NCBI GenBank assembly: GCA_051971635.1
Contig: JBFPLN010000003.1
Span: 384,001-448,000, forward strand
Origin: Candidatus Atelocyanobacterium thalassae
GTDB lineage: Bacteria; Cyanobacteriota; Cyanobacteriia; Cyanobacteriales; Microcystaceae
Reading direction: 5' to 3'
DNA length: 64,000 bases
Shown in pieces: positions 8,438 through 19,384 of this stretch (the first letter of the stretch is position 1; each line of letters opens with the position of its first letter). The translations under genes were made by a program, and so were the position numbers. The notes under the pieces were generated by a model. That model searched no databases. It was not told the DNA's origin and worked only from the letters and a program-made list of their open reading frames with translations.

Positions 8438-11293
8438 ATGGCTGATTTAGATAACATCCGTATTCGTGGCGCTAGGCAACATAACTTAAAAAATATTAGT
8501 CTTGAACTTCCTCGTAATAAATTAATTGTTTTTACAGGGGTATCAGGTTCAGGAAAATCTTCTTTAGCATTTGATACTATTTTTGCCGAAGGACAAAGAC
8601 GTTATGTAGAGTCATTAAGCGCCTATGCTAGACAATTTTTAGGACAATTAGATAAGCCTGATATTGATACAATCGAAGGTCTGAGCCCTGCTATCTCTAT
8701 TGATCAAAAATCTACTTCTCATAATCCTCGTTCAACAGTAGGTACTGTAACAGAAATTTATGACTATTTGAGATTATTATTTGGTCGAGCCGGTGTGCCA
8801 TATTGTCCTATATGTGGTCAAGCTATTTCTCCTCAAACTATTGATCAGATATGCGATCGCATAATGGAATTGCCAGAAAATACAAAATTTCAGATTTTAG
8901 CTCCAGTAGTAAGAAGAAAAAAAGGAACTCATAAGCAATTATTATCTAGCTTAGCTTCTCAAGGGTTTGTAAGAGTAAGAGTTAATGGAAAAATTAAAGA
9001 AATTACGGATAATATTCAACTAAATAAAAACCAATATCATAGTATTGAAATTGTTATTGATCGTCTTATTAAAAAAAGAGGTATTGAAGAGAGATTAGCG
9101 GATTCTTTAAAAACTTGTTTAATTAATTCTGAAGGATTGTCAATAATCAGTATTGATACGGAAAAATCTACTCAAATTGGGAAGTCAGAGATTGAGACAC
9201 CTTTAGAATTAAGGTTTTCTGAAAATTTTTCTTGCCCTGAGCATGGAACAGTGATGGAAGAACTTTCTCCTCGCTTATTCTCCTTTAATTCTCCCTATGG
9301 TGCTTGTCCTGATTGCCATGGTTTAGGAACTCTGCGCAAATTTTCTCCAGATTTAATTATTCCTAATCCTTCTTCCCCAATTTATGCAGCCATTGCTCCT
9401 TGGTCAGAAAAAAATAATTCTTATTATTTATCCTTACTACATAGTATTGGTAAAAGTTGTGGTTTTGATATCCAAACGCCTTGGAATGAATTGACTGAAG
9501 AACAAAAAGAGTTTCTGTTATATGGTAGTGATAAACCTATATGGTTTGAGGAAGATTCCCGATTTAATAATCGTAAAGGATATTATTATAATTTCCAAGG
9601 AATTTTAGCAATTTTAGAACGCAACTACCGTGAAACTAGTTCCGAGAACATGAAACAAAAATTGGAGAGATATATTATTGAACAAACCTGTAGATCTTGT
9701 TCAGGAAAACGTTTAAAGTCAGAAGTGCTATCTGTCAAGTTAGGACAGTACAACATTGATGAATTAACAAGTGTTTCTATTGATAAATGCTTGAAGAGAA
9801 TAGAACAATTAGATTTAACTCCAAAGCAAAAGTTAATTGGTGAGATAGCATTAAAAGAAATTAAAAATCGATTACAGTTTCTTTTAGATGTTGGTTTAAA
9901 CTATTTAACATTGAACAGAGGAACAGCAACTTTGTCAGGAGGTGAAGCACAAAGAATCCGCTTAGCAACACAAATTGGTTCAGGATTAACAGGAGTATTG
10001 TATGTATTAGATGAACCAAGTATTGGGTTACATCAAAGAGATAATGAACGCCTTTTAAAAACTTTAAAAGCACTTAGAGATTTGGGTAATACTCTGATAG
10101 TTGTTGAACATGATGAAGAAACAATTCGTACAGCTGACTATATAGTTGATATAGGTCCCTTAGCAGGAACATACGGAGGACAGATAGTTTCTCAAGGAAA
10201 CTTAGAAACATTACTGAAATCAGAACATTCTCTTACAGCAGATTACTTGTCCGGTAAAAGAGTAATTAGAAAACAAGAAAAAAGACGATTGGGAAGTGGT
10301 GCTGCTTTACAGTTGAAAGATTGTTATGCTAACAACTTGAAAAATATTAATGTATCAATTCCATTAGGTAAGTTAGTTAGTATTACAGGAGTTTCTGGCT
10401 CAGGAAAATCTACTTTGATCAAAAATATCTTATATCCTGCATTACAAAATTATTTAACGAAAAAGACCCCTTTCCCGAAATACCTTTCTGAAATCAAAGG
10501 ACTTGAACTAATTGATAAAGTAATTATTATAGATCAATCTCCTATTGGCAGAACTCCTCGTTCAAATCCTGTCACCTATACTGGCATTTTTGATAATATA
10601 CGAGAACTTTTTTCACAAACTATAGAAGCAAAGGCAAGAGGCTATAAACCTGGACAATTTTCCTTTAATGTAAAAGGAGGAAGATGTGAAAATTGTAGAG
10701 GACAAGGAGTAAATATAATAGAAATGAATTTTTTGCCAGATGTATATGTTCAGTGTGAAGTTTGTAAAGGAACAAGATATAATCGGGAGACTCTACAAGT
10801 CAAATATAAAGGATATACAATTTCTGATGTTTTAAATATGACTATTGAAGAAGGATTACAAGTTTTTGAAAATATTCCTAGAGCTATAAATAGGTTACAA
10901 ACTTTAGTAGATGTAGGATTGGGATATTTAAAGCTAGGACAGTCAGCACCAACATTATCGGGAGGAGAAGCACAACGAGTTAAATTAGCTTCAGAATTAT
11001 CTCGTAGAGCAACAGGGAAAACTTTGTATCTTATTGACGAACCTACTACTGGTTTATCTTTTTATGATGTTCATCATTTATTAGATATTTTGCAAAGATT
11101 AGTTGACAAGGGAAATTCAATTGTCGTTATTGAGCACAATTTGGATGTAATTAAATGCTCAGATTGGATAATTGATCTGGGTCCAGAGGGTGGAGATAGA
11201 GGAGGTACTATCGTTGCAACTGGGACTCCAGAAACAGTTGCTCAAAACCCTAAATCTCATACAGGAAAATATTTAAAAAATATCTTAGAATAA
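8438..11293 (+). CDS. uvrA: Excinuclease ABC subunit A
   Basis: GARQHNLKN, two GVSGSGKS Walker A motifs, two LSGGEAQR, zinc-finger CxxC motifs. Confidence 0.98.
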   Translation: MADLDNIRIRGARQHNLKNISLELPRNKLIVFTGVSGSGKSSLAFDTIFAEGQRRYVESLSAYARQFLGQLDKPDIDTIEGLSPAISIDQKSTSHNPRSTVGTVTEIYDYLRLLFGRAGVPYCPICGQAISPQTIDQICDRIMELPENTKFQILAPVVRRKKGTHKQLLSSLASQGFVRVRVNGKIKEITDNIQLNKNQYHSIEIVIDRLIKKRGIEERLADSLKTCLINSEGLSIISIDTEKSTQIGKSEIETPLELRFSENFSCPEHGTVMEELSPRLFSFNSPYGACPDCHGLGTLRKFSPDLIIPNPSSPIYAAIAPWSEKNNSYYLSLLHSIGKSCGFDIQTPWNELTEEQKEFLLYGSDKPIWFEEDSRFNNRKGYYYNFQGILAILERNYRETSSENMKQKLERYIIEQTCRSCSGKRLKSEVLSVKLGQYNIDELTSVSIDKCLKRIEQLDLTPKQKLIGEIALKEIKNRLQFLLDVGLNYLTLNRGTATLSGGEAQRIRLATQIGSGLTGVLYVLDEPSIGLHQRDNERLLKTLKALRDLGNTLIVVEHDEETIRTADYIVDIGPLAGTYGGQIVSQGNLETLLKSEHSLTADYLSGKRVIRKQEKRRLGSGAALQLKDCYANNLKNINVSIPLGKLVSITGVSGSGKSTLIKNILYPALQNYLTKKTPFPKYLSEIKGLELIDKVIIIDQSPIGRTPRSNPVTYTGIFDNIRELFSQTIEAKARGYKPGQFSFNVKGGRCENCRGQGVNIIEMNFLPDVYVQCEVCKGTRYNRETLQVKYKGYTISDVLNMTIEEGLQVFENIPRAINRLQTLVDVGLGYLKLGQSAPTLSGGEAQRVKLASELSRRATGKTLYLIDEPTTGLSFYDVHHLLDILQRLVDKGNSIVVIEHNLDVIKCSDWIIDLGPEGGDRGGTIVATGTPETVAQNPKSHTGKYLKNILE

Positions 11294-11458
11294 AGTCAAG
11301 TTTTGTAGGAAAGTCCTATGTCTAAAAAATTATGTGTTATTAAAATTTTTTTTTATCTAATTATTTAATTTTCAAGTGAATTAATTAATTTGCGAAAAGG
11401 AATTGTAACTTAAAAAATTTATAATTTTAAACCTTAAAAATTATTTGTATATTACGGT

Positions 11459-12160
11459 ATGTCTATTCAAAAAGAATCTAGGCTCATTATAGCTATTGAT
11501 GGGCCAGCAGGAGCTGGTAAATCAACTGTAACTCGGAAAGTAGCTAAAGCACTCAATTTAAATTATTTAGATACAGGAGCAATGTATCGAGCAATTACCT
11601 GGTTAATACTAAAATCGAAAATTGCATTAGAGAACCAAAAAGCAATAGCAAAATTAATTGAAACAACAACTTTATACTTGATAGATAATTCTAAAGAAGA
11701 AATATCTCAAGTTTTTATAAATGGAGAAGATGTAACTAAAAATTTAAGGACATTAGAAGTAACTCAAGCAGTTTCTTCAGTTTCAGCTCAAGCTGCAGTG
11801 AGAAGTAAATTAGTAAAATATCAACGAGAAGTAGGTTGTTCTGGAAGGGTAATTGCTGAAGGACGAGATATTGGTACTAATGTTTTTCCGGATGCAGATA
11901 TTAAAATATTTCTTACCGCATCTGTGAAAGAAAGAGCGAAACGTAGGCTAATAGATTATAAATCTCATAAATTAGAGAATATTAGTATATATCAACTAGA
12001 AAAAGATATTGAAGAAAGAGATTATCAAGATAGCCATCGAAAGATTGCACCTTTGTGTAAAGCTATTGACGCTATTGAGCTAAATACAGATGGGCTCACG
12101 ATTGAAGACGTAACGTCTCAAATAATTTATATATGTAAAAATAGAGGATATTTTAATTAG
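11459..12160 (+). CDS. cmk: Cytidylate kinase (stand-alone, no PanC domain)
   Basis: IAIDGPAGAGKST, YLDTGAMYRA, AEGRDIGT.VFPDA. Confidence 0.95.
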   Translation: MSIQKESRLIIAIDGPAGAGKSTVTRKVAKALNLNYLDTGAMYRAITWLILKSKIALENQKAIAKLIETTTLYLIDNSKEEISQVFINGEDVTKNLRTLEVTQAVSSVSAQAAVRSKLVKYQREVGCSGRVIAEGRDIGTNVFPDADIKIFLTASVKERAKRRLIDYKSHKLENISIYQLEKDIEERDYQDSHRKIAPLCKAIDAIELNTDGLTIEDVTSQIIYICKNRGYFN

Positions 12161-12303
12161 AAAGATATATTTTAAACCAATAAAAATACATTTAATTCAT
12201 GCATAAAGACAAAGCAAAAGTATTCATTAATTATATTTGCGGTTTTAAATAAATTTGTACCAAAATTATTTAATAATTTAGTCATTGCATACATATTACA
12301 ATA

Positions 12304-12349
12304 ATTAGAAATCTAGGATAATTAATATTCATATCCTACGATTTCTAAT
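12304..12349. terminator. Inverted repeat between convergent cmk and fbaA; probable terminator
   Basis: attagaaatc-taggata ... tatcctacgatttctaat, 17-bp stem with one bulge. Confidence 0.6.
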
Positions 12350-12381
12350 CATAAAACAAAGTCGTAATGATTATCTTGTAA

Positions 12382-13449
12382 TCAAACTTTTTTGCTTGTT
12401 GTTAATTCATTTCTAGAATATTTTGCAGCATAATCTTCAAGAGTCATTTGTTTAATTCTACTAGCATTACCTGCGGCCCAAAACTGTTGATAACGATCAG
12501 CGCAAACTGTCTTCATGTAGCTAATTGATGGTTTCATAAAATGACGCGGATCAAAATTGCTGGGGTCCTTTGCAAAGCATTCACGAATAGCTGCTGTAAT
12601 CGCTAAACGATTATCAGTATCGATATTAACTTTACGAACTCCACTTTTGATACCTTTTTGGATTTCCTCAACAGGTACACCATATGTTTCAGGTATTTTT
12701 CCACCATATTGATTAATTATATTCAACCATTCTTGAGGTACAGAAGAAGAACCATGCATAACTAAATGAGTATTAGGAAGGCGTTTGTGTATTTCCTCAA
12801 TACGATTAATTGCCAAGATTTCTCCGGTAGGCTTACGGCTAAATTTATAAGCACCATGACTAGTACCAATAGCTACGGCTAAAGCATCAACTTGAGTATT
12901 CTCAACAAATTCAACTGCTTCATCAGGATTTGTAAGAAGCTGTTCTTTACTTAAGGTTCCTTCAAATCCATGACCATCTTCTTTTTCCCCTTGACCAGTT
13001 TCCAGGGAACCTAGACATCCAAGCTCGCCTTCTACACTAGAACCTACCGCATGAGCTACTTTGACTACCTCAGAAGTAACACGAACGTTATAGTCAAAAC
13101 TAGCGGGGGTTTTACCATCTGCTTCTAGAGAACCATCCATCATTACACTAGTAAATCCATTACGAATTGCACTATAACAAGTAGCAGGACTGTTTCCATG
13201 ATCCTGATGCATAGCAATAGGAATATGAGGATAGCTTTCAACTGCCGCAAGAATTAAATGACGGAGAAAATTTTCTCCTGCATACTTCCGGGCACCACGA
13301 GAAGCTTGTAAAATTGCAGGGCTGTTCGTTTCATTTGCTGCCTGCATAATTGCTAAGATCTGTTCCATATTATTGACATTGAATGCAGGAATACCATAAT
13401 TGTTTTCTGCTGCATGATCTAAAAGTAGCCGCATAGGTACAAGCGCCAT
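12382..13449 (-). CDS. fbaA: Class II fructose-bisphosphate aldolase
   Basis: [56 protein letters not shown]. Confidence 0.97.
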   Translation of the reverse strand: MALVPMRLLLDHAAENNYGIPAFNVNNMEQILAIMQAANETNSPAILQASRGARKYAGENFLRHLILAAVESYPHIPIAMHQDHGNSPATCYSAIRNGFTSVMMDGSLEADGKTPASFDYNVRVTSEVVKVAHAVGSSVEGELGCLGSLETGQGEKEDGHGFEGTLSKEQLLTNPDEAVEFVENTQVDALAVAIGTSHGAYKFSRKPTGEILAINRIEEIHKRLPNTHLVMHGSSSVPQEWLNIINQYGGKIPETYGVPVEEIQKGIKSGVRKVNIDTDNRLAITAAIRECFAKDPSNFDPRHFMKPSISYMKTVCADRYQQFWAAGNASRIKQMTLEDYAAKYSRNELTTSKKV

Positions 13450-13801
13450 AGATGCCCTCCTATTTTTTTCTAATTTTTGTGAGTGGTTCGTTAAGAAAAT
13501 TAATTCCCTTATTCGTTAATCTTAAGATAGATTTCACTCTTTTGACGAATCCTTTACTTTATTTCTCTTTCTATATATTGTTTGTTAATGTCAGATTTAA
13601 CTTTTAGAGTAAATAAATAACTTTTTTGTTTTATATAGTTTTTAAAGTAGCGGTTATTTTTCTATAAGAAATATTCTTACTAATCTAAAAAAATTTTAAT
13701 TTTTTAAACATTTTAGGACAGCATATATTACATCAAATAATTAAATGAACTGTAATGAAAAACAAGATATTAAATTTTACTTATAAATTTTGTATCGTAA
13801 G

Positions 13802-14905
13802 TTATTGATTGTAGTAAGCCTTTACAAGGCTTTCAACGATTGGTAATAATTCTTCTTCCGTTAAATTATAAGAGATACTAGAGGCTATAGCACATGCTCC
13901 AGCACCCATTCCTTCTTTAATGTATCCTTTCTCATAAACTTGTAATTGCTCATAATGAGAGTTAGAAAAATTTAATTGAGTTGCTAGCAAAGGGACCTCT
14001 CCTATTAATTTAGCTAATCCTAATGTATCTCCACTTGTATCTTCTAGTATCCAACGTGTTGTTCCTATAATAATATTTTCTAGATTTGCATTGTAATTGA
14101 ACATTTTTATGATAGTTTTTATTAACTGATATACTGCAAGCATTTGTGTTCCACCTGCTAATATTAAGCCAGTTTTTAAACTAGCTGAAATTGCCATTCC
14201 AGCTACAGTAATTTGCATAGGGTCACCTATCGAGGCAATTAATTCAAAAGGATTAACTGGAACATTGATAAGATCATAATTAGCTTTTTTAAATCCTTCG
14301 TTAATTAGGAATTCTTTATAGTTATGATTACAATAAGGATGACTACTGTTAACTTTTTGTGACGCATTAATACCTAGTCCCTTAAGAACAGCTAAAGCCG
14401 TTGTTGTCCCACCTACAACGCATTCACCCAAAACCAAGTATTTTTTCTTGGAATTTTTAGTCAATTTTTCACCCCAAACTAATCCATGATGAAATAAGTT
14501 AAAAACTAAATTTAAAGGTAATGCCTCTCCGGTACTTAAACAATTTGCCGGTTGTCTACTCAAGTTAACACAAGGAAAAGAAGGACTTGATGGCAAGCCG
14601 GTATTAAATAGATAGAAAGGAATTTGACAATGTTCAATGACTGCACGCGTTATAAATACGGGAGAAACTCCTTGAATCAAAAAGGGTAAGGGATGTTTAT
14701 AAGAAGAACTTACTCCTTTAACTAAAAATTCTGCATCTGCTAGTGCTGTATATTTTCTAGATTCTGAAGTAGCTCCTGCCAATGAAATATTTGGGATCAA
14801 AGCAGTCTTGGTAAATCCTAAAGTGCAAATAAAAAGAGGAGAGAATCTACTATAAGTACTAATCCACTTATCTACTAAGAATTTCTCGCTATATGTATAG
14901 AACAT
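13802..14905 (-). CDS. cobT: Nicotinate-mononucleotide:lower-ligand phosphoribosyltransferase (cyanobacterial/archaeal CobT type)
   Basis: TALADAEFL, GECVVGGTTTALAVL, GDPMQ, LAGGTQMLAV, KEGMGAG. Confidence 0.85.
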   Translation of the reverse strand: MFYTYSEKFLVDKWISTYSRFSPLFICTLGFTKTALIPNISLAGATSESRKYTALADAEFLVKGVSSSYKHPLPFLIQGVSPVFITRAVIEHCQIPFYLFNTGLPSSPSFPCVNLSRQPANCLSTGEALPLNLVFNLFHHGLVWGEKLTKNSKKKYLVLGECVVGGTTTALAVLKGLGINASQKVNSSHPYCNHNYKEFLINEGFKKANYDLINVPVNPFELIASIGDPMQITVAGMAISASLKTGLILAGGTQMLAVYQLIKTIIKMFNYNANLENIIIGTTRWILEDTSGDTLGLAKLIGEVPLLATQLNFSNSHYEQLQVYEKGYIKEGMGAGACAIASSISYNLTEEELLPIVESLVKAYYNQ

Positions 14906-15261
14906 TCTTTTATTGGAATTGAGAATTTAATAATTTTATTATTAAATAGTTTCTAATATGTAGTAACATACCACTATAAATGAAATGAATACTGTTTTTT
15001 ACAAGATACTAAACAAAATATTTAAGTAAATGTTTTTGTACTAAATATCAGTATCTAAGACTAAAAGATATAAATGATTGAATCTTATAAAAATCGATTA
15101 TGTAGTGATCTGAAAAATTGCTATTAATAACTCATAGAAGTTGAAAAAAATATACTAAATAAATTACTTCTCCTATAGATATAAGTTGGGATACTTAATT
15201 AATCAAAGAAAACAGAAGAAGCCATTAAGTTATAAATTCTTAAATATTATCTAAAATTAAC

Positions 15262-16371
15262 ATGGCCTATCCACTTAATACTACTACTAATCATTTTTCA
15301 ATTGCTCCTGCTCATATTTTTAAAGGAGAAAATATCATATCTCGAGTTAAAGAAAATATTATTCATTTAGGTAACCGTCCTTTAATTGTTGGAGGGAATA
15401 CGACTCTCCCTATTATTTCTACTCATTTAAAAGCTATTTTAAGAGAATGCAAAGAAATAAATATTATCTCTAAAAGTTATTCACCTGAATGTTCTGAAAA
15501 TTCTCTAAGGTCTCTTTCTTATTTAGTTAAAGAGCATGAAGCAAATATAGTCATTGGAGTTGGAGGAGGAAAGGCTCTTGATATGGCAAAAATATTAGCT
15601 CAATATAATAAACTACCAGTGGTTACTATCCCAACATCTGGTGCAACTTGTGCTGCATGGACGGCTTTATCTAATATATATACAAATCAAGGTGTATTTG
15701 AGTATGATGTATCACTATCGCGCTGTCCTGATATTTTAATATTAGACTACGCCATCATTAGAACAGCTCCTCAACGTACTCTAGTAGCCGGCATAGGAGA
15801 TGCTATCGCTAAATGGTATGAGGCCTCAATTGTTTTAAATAATGTTGATAGTAGTCAAACCTTAACAATGGCAGCAATTCAGCATGCAAAATCTATAAAA
15901 AATATTTTATTACAAAAGTCTTATATAGCTGTTAACAATATATATGGAAAGGAATGGTTTGAAGTAATTGATGCCTGTATTTTACTCGCTGGTATTGTTA
16001 GTGGCCTAGGCGGTGCTAGTTGCAGAACAGTAGCTGCACACGCAGTGCATAATGGTTTAACTAATATAAAAGCAACACATAAGATATTACATGGAGAAAA
16101 AGTAGCTTATGGTATTTTGGTCCAATTAAGATTGGAAGAAATTATGCAGAATAGCTACTTAGCGAAGATTTCAAGGCAGCAACTTTTAAAGTTTTATCAA
16201 AAAATTGGTTTGCCAAAAAGTTTAGAAGATCTAGGCCTAGATAGACTCACATTAGAAGAACTCAATTTTTTAACTGAAACAATTTGTCGTCCTGATTCTG
16301 ATATTCATCGATTACCTTTTTGTGTGTTTCCAAAACAATTATTGCTGGCAATGAAATCAACTACACAATAA
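15262..16371 (+). CDS. Iron/zinc-containing alcohol dehydrogenase family, glycerol dehydrogenase-like
   Basis: GVGGGKALD, IPTSGATCAAWT, AGIGDAIAKWYE, AAHAVHNGLT, LHGEKVAYG. Confidence 0.85.
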   Translation: MAYPLNTTTNHFSIAPAHIFKGENIISRVKENIIHLGNRPLIVGGNTTLPIISTHLKAILRECKEINIISKSYSPECSENSLRSLSYLVKEHEANIVIGVGGGKALDMAKILAQYNKLPVVTIPTSGATCAAWTALSNIYTNQGVFEYDVSLSRCPDILILDYAIIRTAPQRTLVAGIGDAIAKWYEASIVLNNVDSSQTLTMAAIQHAKSIKNILLQKSYIAVNNIYGKEWFEVIDACILLAGIVSGLGGASCRTVAAHAVHNGLTNIKATHKILHGEKVAYGILVQLRLEEIMQNSYLAKISRQQLLKFYQKIGLPKSLEDLGLDRLTLEELNFLTETICRPDSDIHRLPFCVFPKQLLLAMKSTTQ

Positions 16372-16620
16372 AGTAAGCTAATTAAAGTAATTTCTTAGTT
16401 AAAAATGTATAGTTTTTATTCTCAAGCTTTTTGCATAATACATATGTAAATGTTGAATATAATTCTTATTCTTTAAGAAGAAATGAGAATAAATTATAGT
16501 TAAAATCTTTTAAGGTTTTAAGGAACAAAATGTAGCTTCTAATCAATCTCTAATCTAGGAAATCAAAATTTTGAATACTAATTAAATAATAATTTTTTTA
16601 TACACATTAGGAGATAAAAA

Positions 16621-17061
16621 ATGAACAGTTTTGTTGTAATGGCGAAAGTTATTAGTAATCCTGAGTTGAGATATACTTCAGACACCCAAAAAGAAGTAAC
16701 TCAAATGCTTGTAGAGTTTGAAGGTGGACGTTTGGAAAATCTATCCCGTACTTTAAAAGTTGTAGGTTGGGGTAATTTAGCTGCTAATATGAAAACAAAT
16801 TGTCATGAAGGCGATATGTTAATAATTGAAGGTAGATTATCTACTAATACTTTCGAGCGAAAAGAAGGGTTTAAAGAAAAAAGGGTTGAATTAATAGCAT
16901 CTAATTTTTATCCTATTCATCAGATTTCTAATACTCAGAGTTCAAGTTACTCTGATACAAATTTTGATACATATCAAAGTAATGATGATAGTAGCTATAC
17001 TCTGAATCAATTAAATAATAGCTCCACAGTTTCTGATAATGATGATCCAATTCCTTTCTAA
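16621..17061 (+). CDS. ssb: Single-stranded DNA-binding protein (cyanobacterial second-SSB/Ycf41-like)
   Basis: PELRYT, IEGRL, acidic DDPIPF C-terminus; AGGAG RBS. Confidence 0.85.
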   Translation: MNSFVVMAKVISNPELRYTSDTQKEVTQMLVEFEGGRLENLSRTLKVVGWGNLAANMKTNCHEGDMLIIEGRLSTNTFERKEGFKEKRVELIASNFYPIHQISNTQSSSYSDTNFDTYQSNDDSSYTLNQLNNSSTVSDNDDPIPF

Positions 17062-17300
17062 TTAAGACAAGTTTGGACAATACCTAAGTTTTACGTATAA
17101 CTTGTATTGTTGTTAATTATCTCTAGAGATACTAGATGGTATTAAACTCTACATTTAATATTAATTACTTATAGTATTGCTGTAGTTATTTCCCTCATTT
17201 CTTTTAGTAAGTATATGAATACTACATACATTGCAACATATATAGAAGAATAGCTATCACTATTCTTTAATCGTTTTTATTGAGGTATTTGGAGAAAGTT

Positions 17301-17807
17301 ATGGATTTAAAGCTCGTTCCTGCTCAGCCTAAACCTGATTTAGTTAATATCTTAGTAGAAATTCCTGCAGGAAGTAAAAATAAATATGAATTTGATAGAA
17401 ATATGCAATCCTTTACTTTAGACAAGGTATTGCATACTTCTGTACACTATCCATATGACTATGGTTTTATACCGAATACAACGGCAAAAGATGGAGATCC
17501 TTTAGATGGAATGGTAATTATGGATCAACCAACATTTCCTGGATGTGTTATTGCTTCTCGCCCTATTGGAATGCTTGAAATAGTTGAGGGAAAAAAATAT
17601 GATCAAAAAATTTTATGTGTTCCTGATAAAGACATACGTTATGCCTATATAAAATCTCTTAATGACATTAATGTTCATCGCTTAGATGAAATTGCTGAAT
17701 TTTTTCGAACTCATAAAAATCTTGAAAACAAGACTACAAAGATCTTAGGATGGAAAAATGTAGAAGCTGTTTTATCTCTGATTGAAAAGTGTATCAAAAA
17801 TGATTAA
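17301..17807 (+). CDS. ppa: Family I soluble inorganic pyrophosphatase
   Basis: [24 protein letters not shown]; start moved to ATG 17301 ([10 protein letters not shown]), which follows a GGAG. Confidence 0.92.
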   Translation: MDLKLVPAQPKPDLVNILVEIPAGSKNKYEFDRNMQSFTLDKVLHTSVHYPYDYGFIPNTTAKDGDPLDGMVIMDQPTFPGCVIASRPIGMLEIVEGKKYDQKILCVPDKDIRYAYIKSLNDINVHRLDEIAEFFRTHKNLENKTTKILGWKNVEAVLSLIEKCIKND

Positions 17808-17928
17808 GATTGAGACTATTTCGTATAGTGAATGTTGCTTTTATTTTTTAGTTAAAATAGCTTAATTGCTCTTTTAAAAAGAAAACATTACTATCTAAGG
17901 TATCAGTTTCTATTTTTACTTAGTTCTT

Positions 17929-18288
17929 ATGTTAGTTAAATATACTACTCGGCATGTCCGTATTTTTACAGCTGAAGTCAAAGAAAATGAGTTAGTTGAA
18001 AATGATAAAATACTTACTCTAGATATCGATCCTGACAATGAATTTATCTGGAATGAAGATATCCTAGAGAAAGTTTATCGTAAATTTGATGAGTTAATAG
18101 AATTCTCTAGTGGAGAAGATTTAACTGATTATAATCTTAATTATATTGGTTCGTCATTAGAAGATTTTATTCGTGATCTTTTACAGAAAGGTGATATTAG
18201 TTATAACTTAGGAGGACGCTCTCCTAATTATAGTATGGGATTACCTAGAGTTAGAAACATAGAAACCGAAGGAAAATATAATCTATAA
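17929..18288 (+). CDS. ndhM: NAD(P)H-quinone oxidoreductase (NDH-1) subunit M
   Basis: TTRHVRIFTAEV, LTLDIDPDNEFIW, NYSMGLPRV. Confidence 0.9.
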   Translation: MLVKYTTRHVRIFTAEVKENELVENDKILTLDIDPDNEFIWNEDILEKVYRKFDELIEFSSGEDLTDYNLNYIGSSLEDFIRDLLQKGDISYNLGGRSPNYSMGLPRVRNIETEGKYNL

Positions 18289-18529
18289 GTAATGATGAAT
18301 TTTTGCTCCCTGAAATATTTTCTTAAGTGTTTTAGGGAATTTTCTTTAACTAAAATGATTATTATTTTGAGCATATATTGCTTGTATATTTCAAAATAAT
18401 AATCATTTTTTTTGAGAAATTTAACTTATATGAATAGTCTACCCCTATATATATAAACAATGTTGAAACAATAGTTTCTTAACTGCTACTATCTGTAGCA
18501 AGATTTTTATAATTCTCTCGGAATCTATT

Positions 18530-19384
18530 ATGTCATCTTCTTTCCATGTAAGTACAACGAAAAGATTAATGTACTTGGGTACAACAATAACGCTTTTTTG
18601 GTTATTTGTTGCATTATTTGCACCGTTTTTGCAAATAATGGGTATATTACAAGATCCTACTGATTTATTAAGTAACATACCTAGAGAGCCTCCTAGTTTT
18701 AATCATTTATTGGGTACTGACATTAGAGGCTATGATGTATTTTCAAGAACATTAGTAGGTTCACAAGCTGCATTAAAAGTTGTATTGCTCTCAACTATTT
18801 TTTCTTTAATTATAGGGGTACCCCTCGGATTAATTAGTGGATACTTAGGTGGAAACTTAGATAAGTTCCTTATGTTCCTCATGGATACTATCTACACCAT
18901 CCCTGGGCTATTATTATCTATTACTCTATCTTTCATTTTAGGGAAAGGCATAATAAACATTGCAATTGCAGTGAGTGTTTCTTATATTCCTCAATATTAT
19001 AAAATTATACGCAATCACACAAATAGTATTAAAAACCAGCTGTTTGTTGAAGCTGCACAAGCTATGGGAGCTCCTCCAAAAACTATTTTATATCGCTATC
19101 TCTTTTTAAATGTTATCCAGAATATTCCAGTAGTCTTCACTTTAAATGCTGCAGATGCCATTTTAGTATTGGGGGGATTAGGATTCTTAGGATTAGGCTT
19201 ACCTGAAGAAGTATCAGAATGGGGACACGATTTAAAGGAAGCATTACCAAGTCTATCTACAGGAATATGGTGGACAACTTTATTTCCAGGCCTTGCAATG
19301 ACATCAATGGTAGTAGGCTTATCACTTATTGGCGAAGGAATTAGTGAAATATTTATTCCTTTTTTACATAATAAAGACAAATGA
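18530..19384 (+). CDS. Peptide/nickel ABC transporter permease (DppC/OppC-like)
   Basis: HLLGTDIRGYDVFSR, FVEAAQAMGA (EAA loop), LGFLGLG; 4-bp overlap with thiL. Confidence 0.9.
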   Translation: MSSSFHVSTTKRLMYLGTTITLFWLFVALFAPFLQIMGILQDPTDLLSNIPREPPSFNHLLGTDIRGYDVFSRTLVGSQAALKVVLLSTIFSLIIGVPLGLISGYLGGNLDKFLMFLMDTIYTIPGLLLSITLSFILGKGIINIAIAVSVSYIPQYYKIIRNHTNSIKNQLFVEAAQAMGAPPKTILYRYLFLNVIQNIPVVFTLNAADAILVLGGLGFLGLGLPEEVSEWGHDLKEALPSLSTGIWWTTLFPGLAMTSMVVGLSLIGEGISEIFIPFLHNKDK

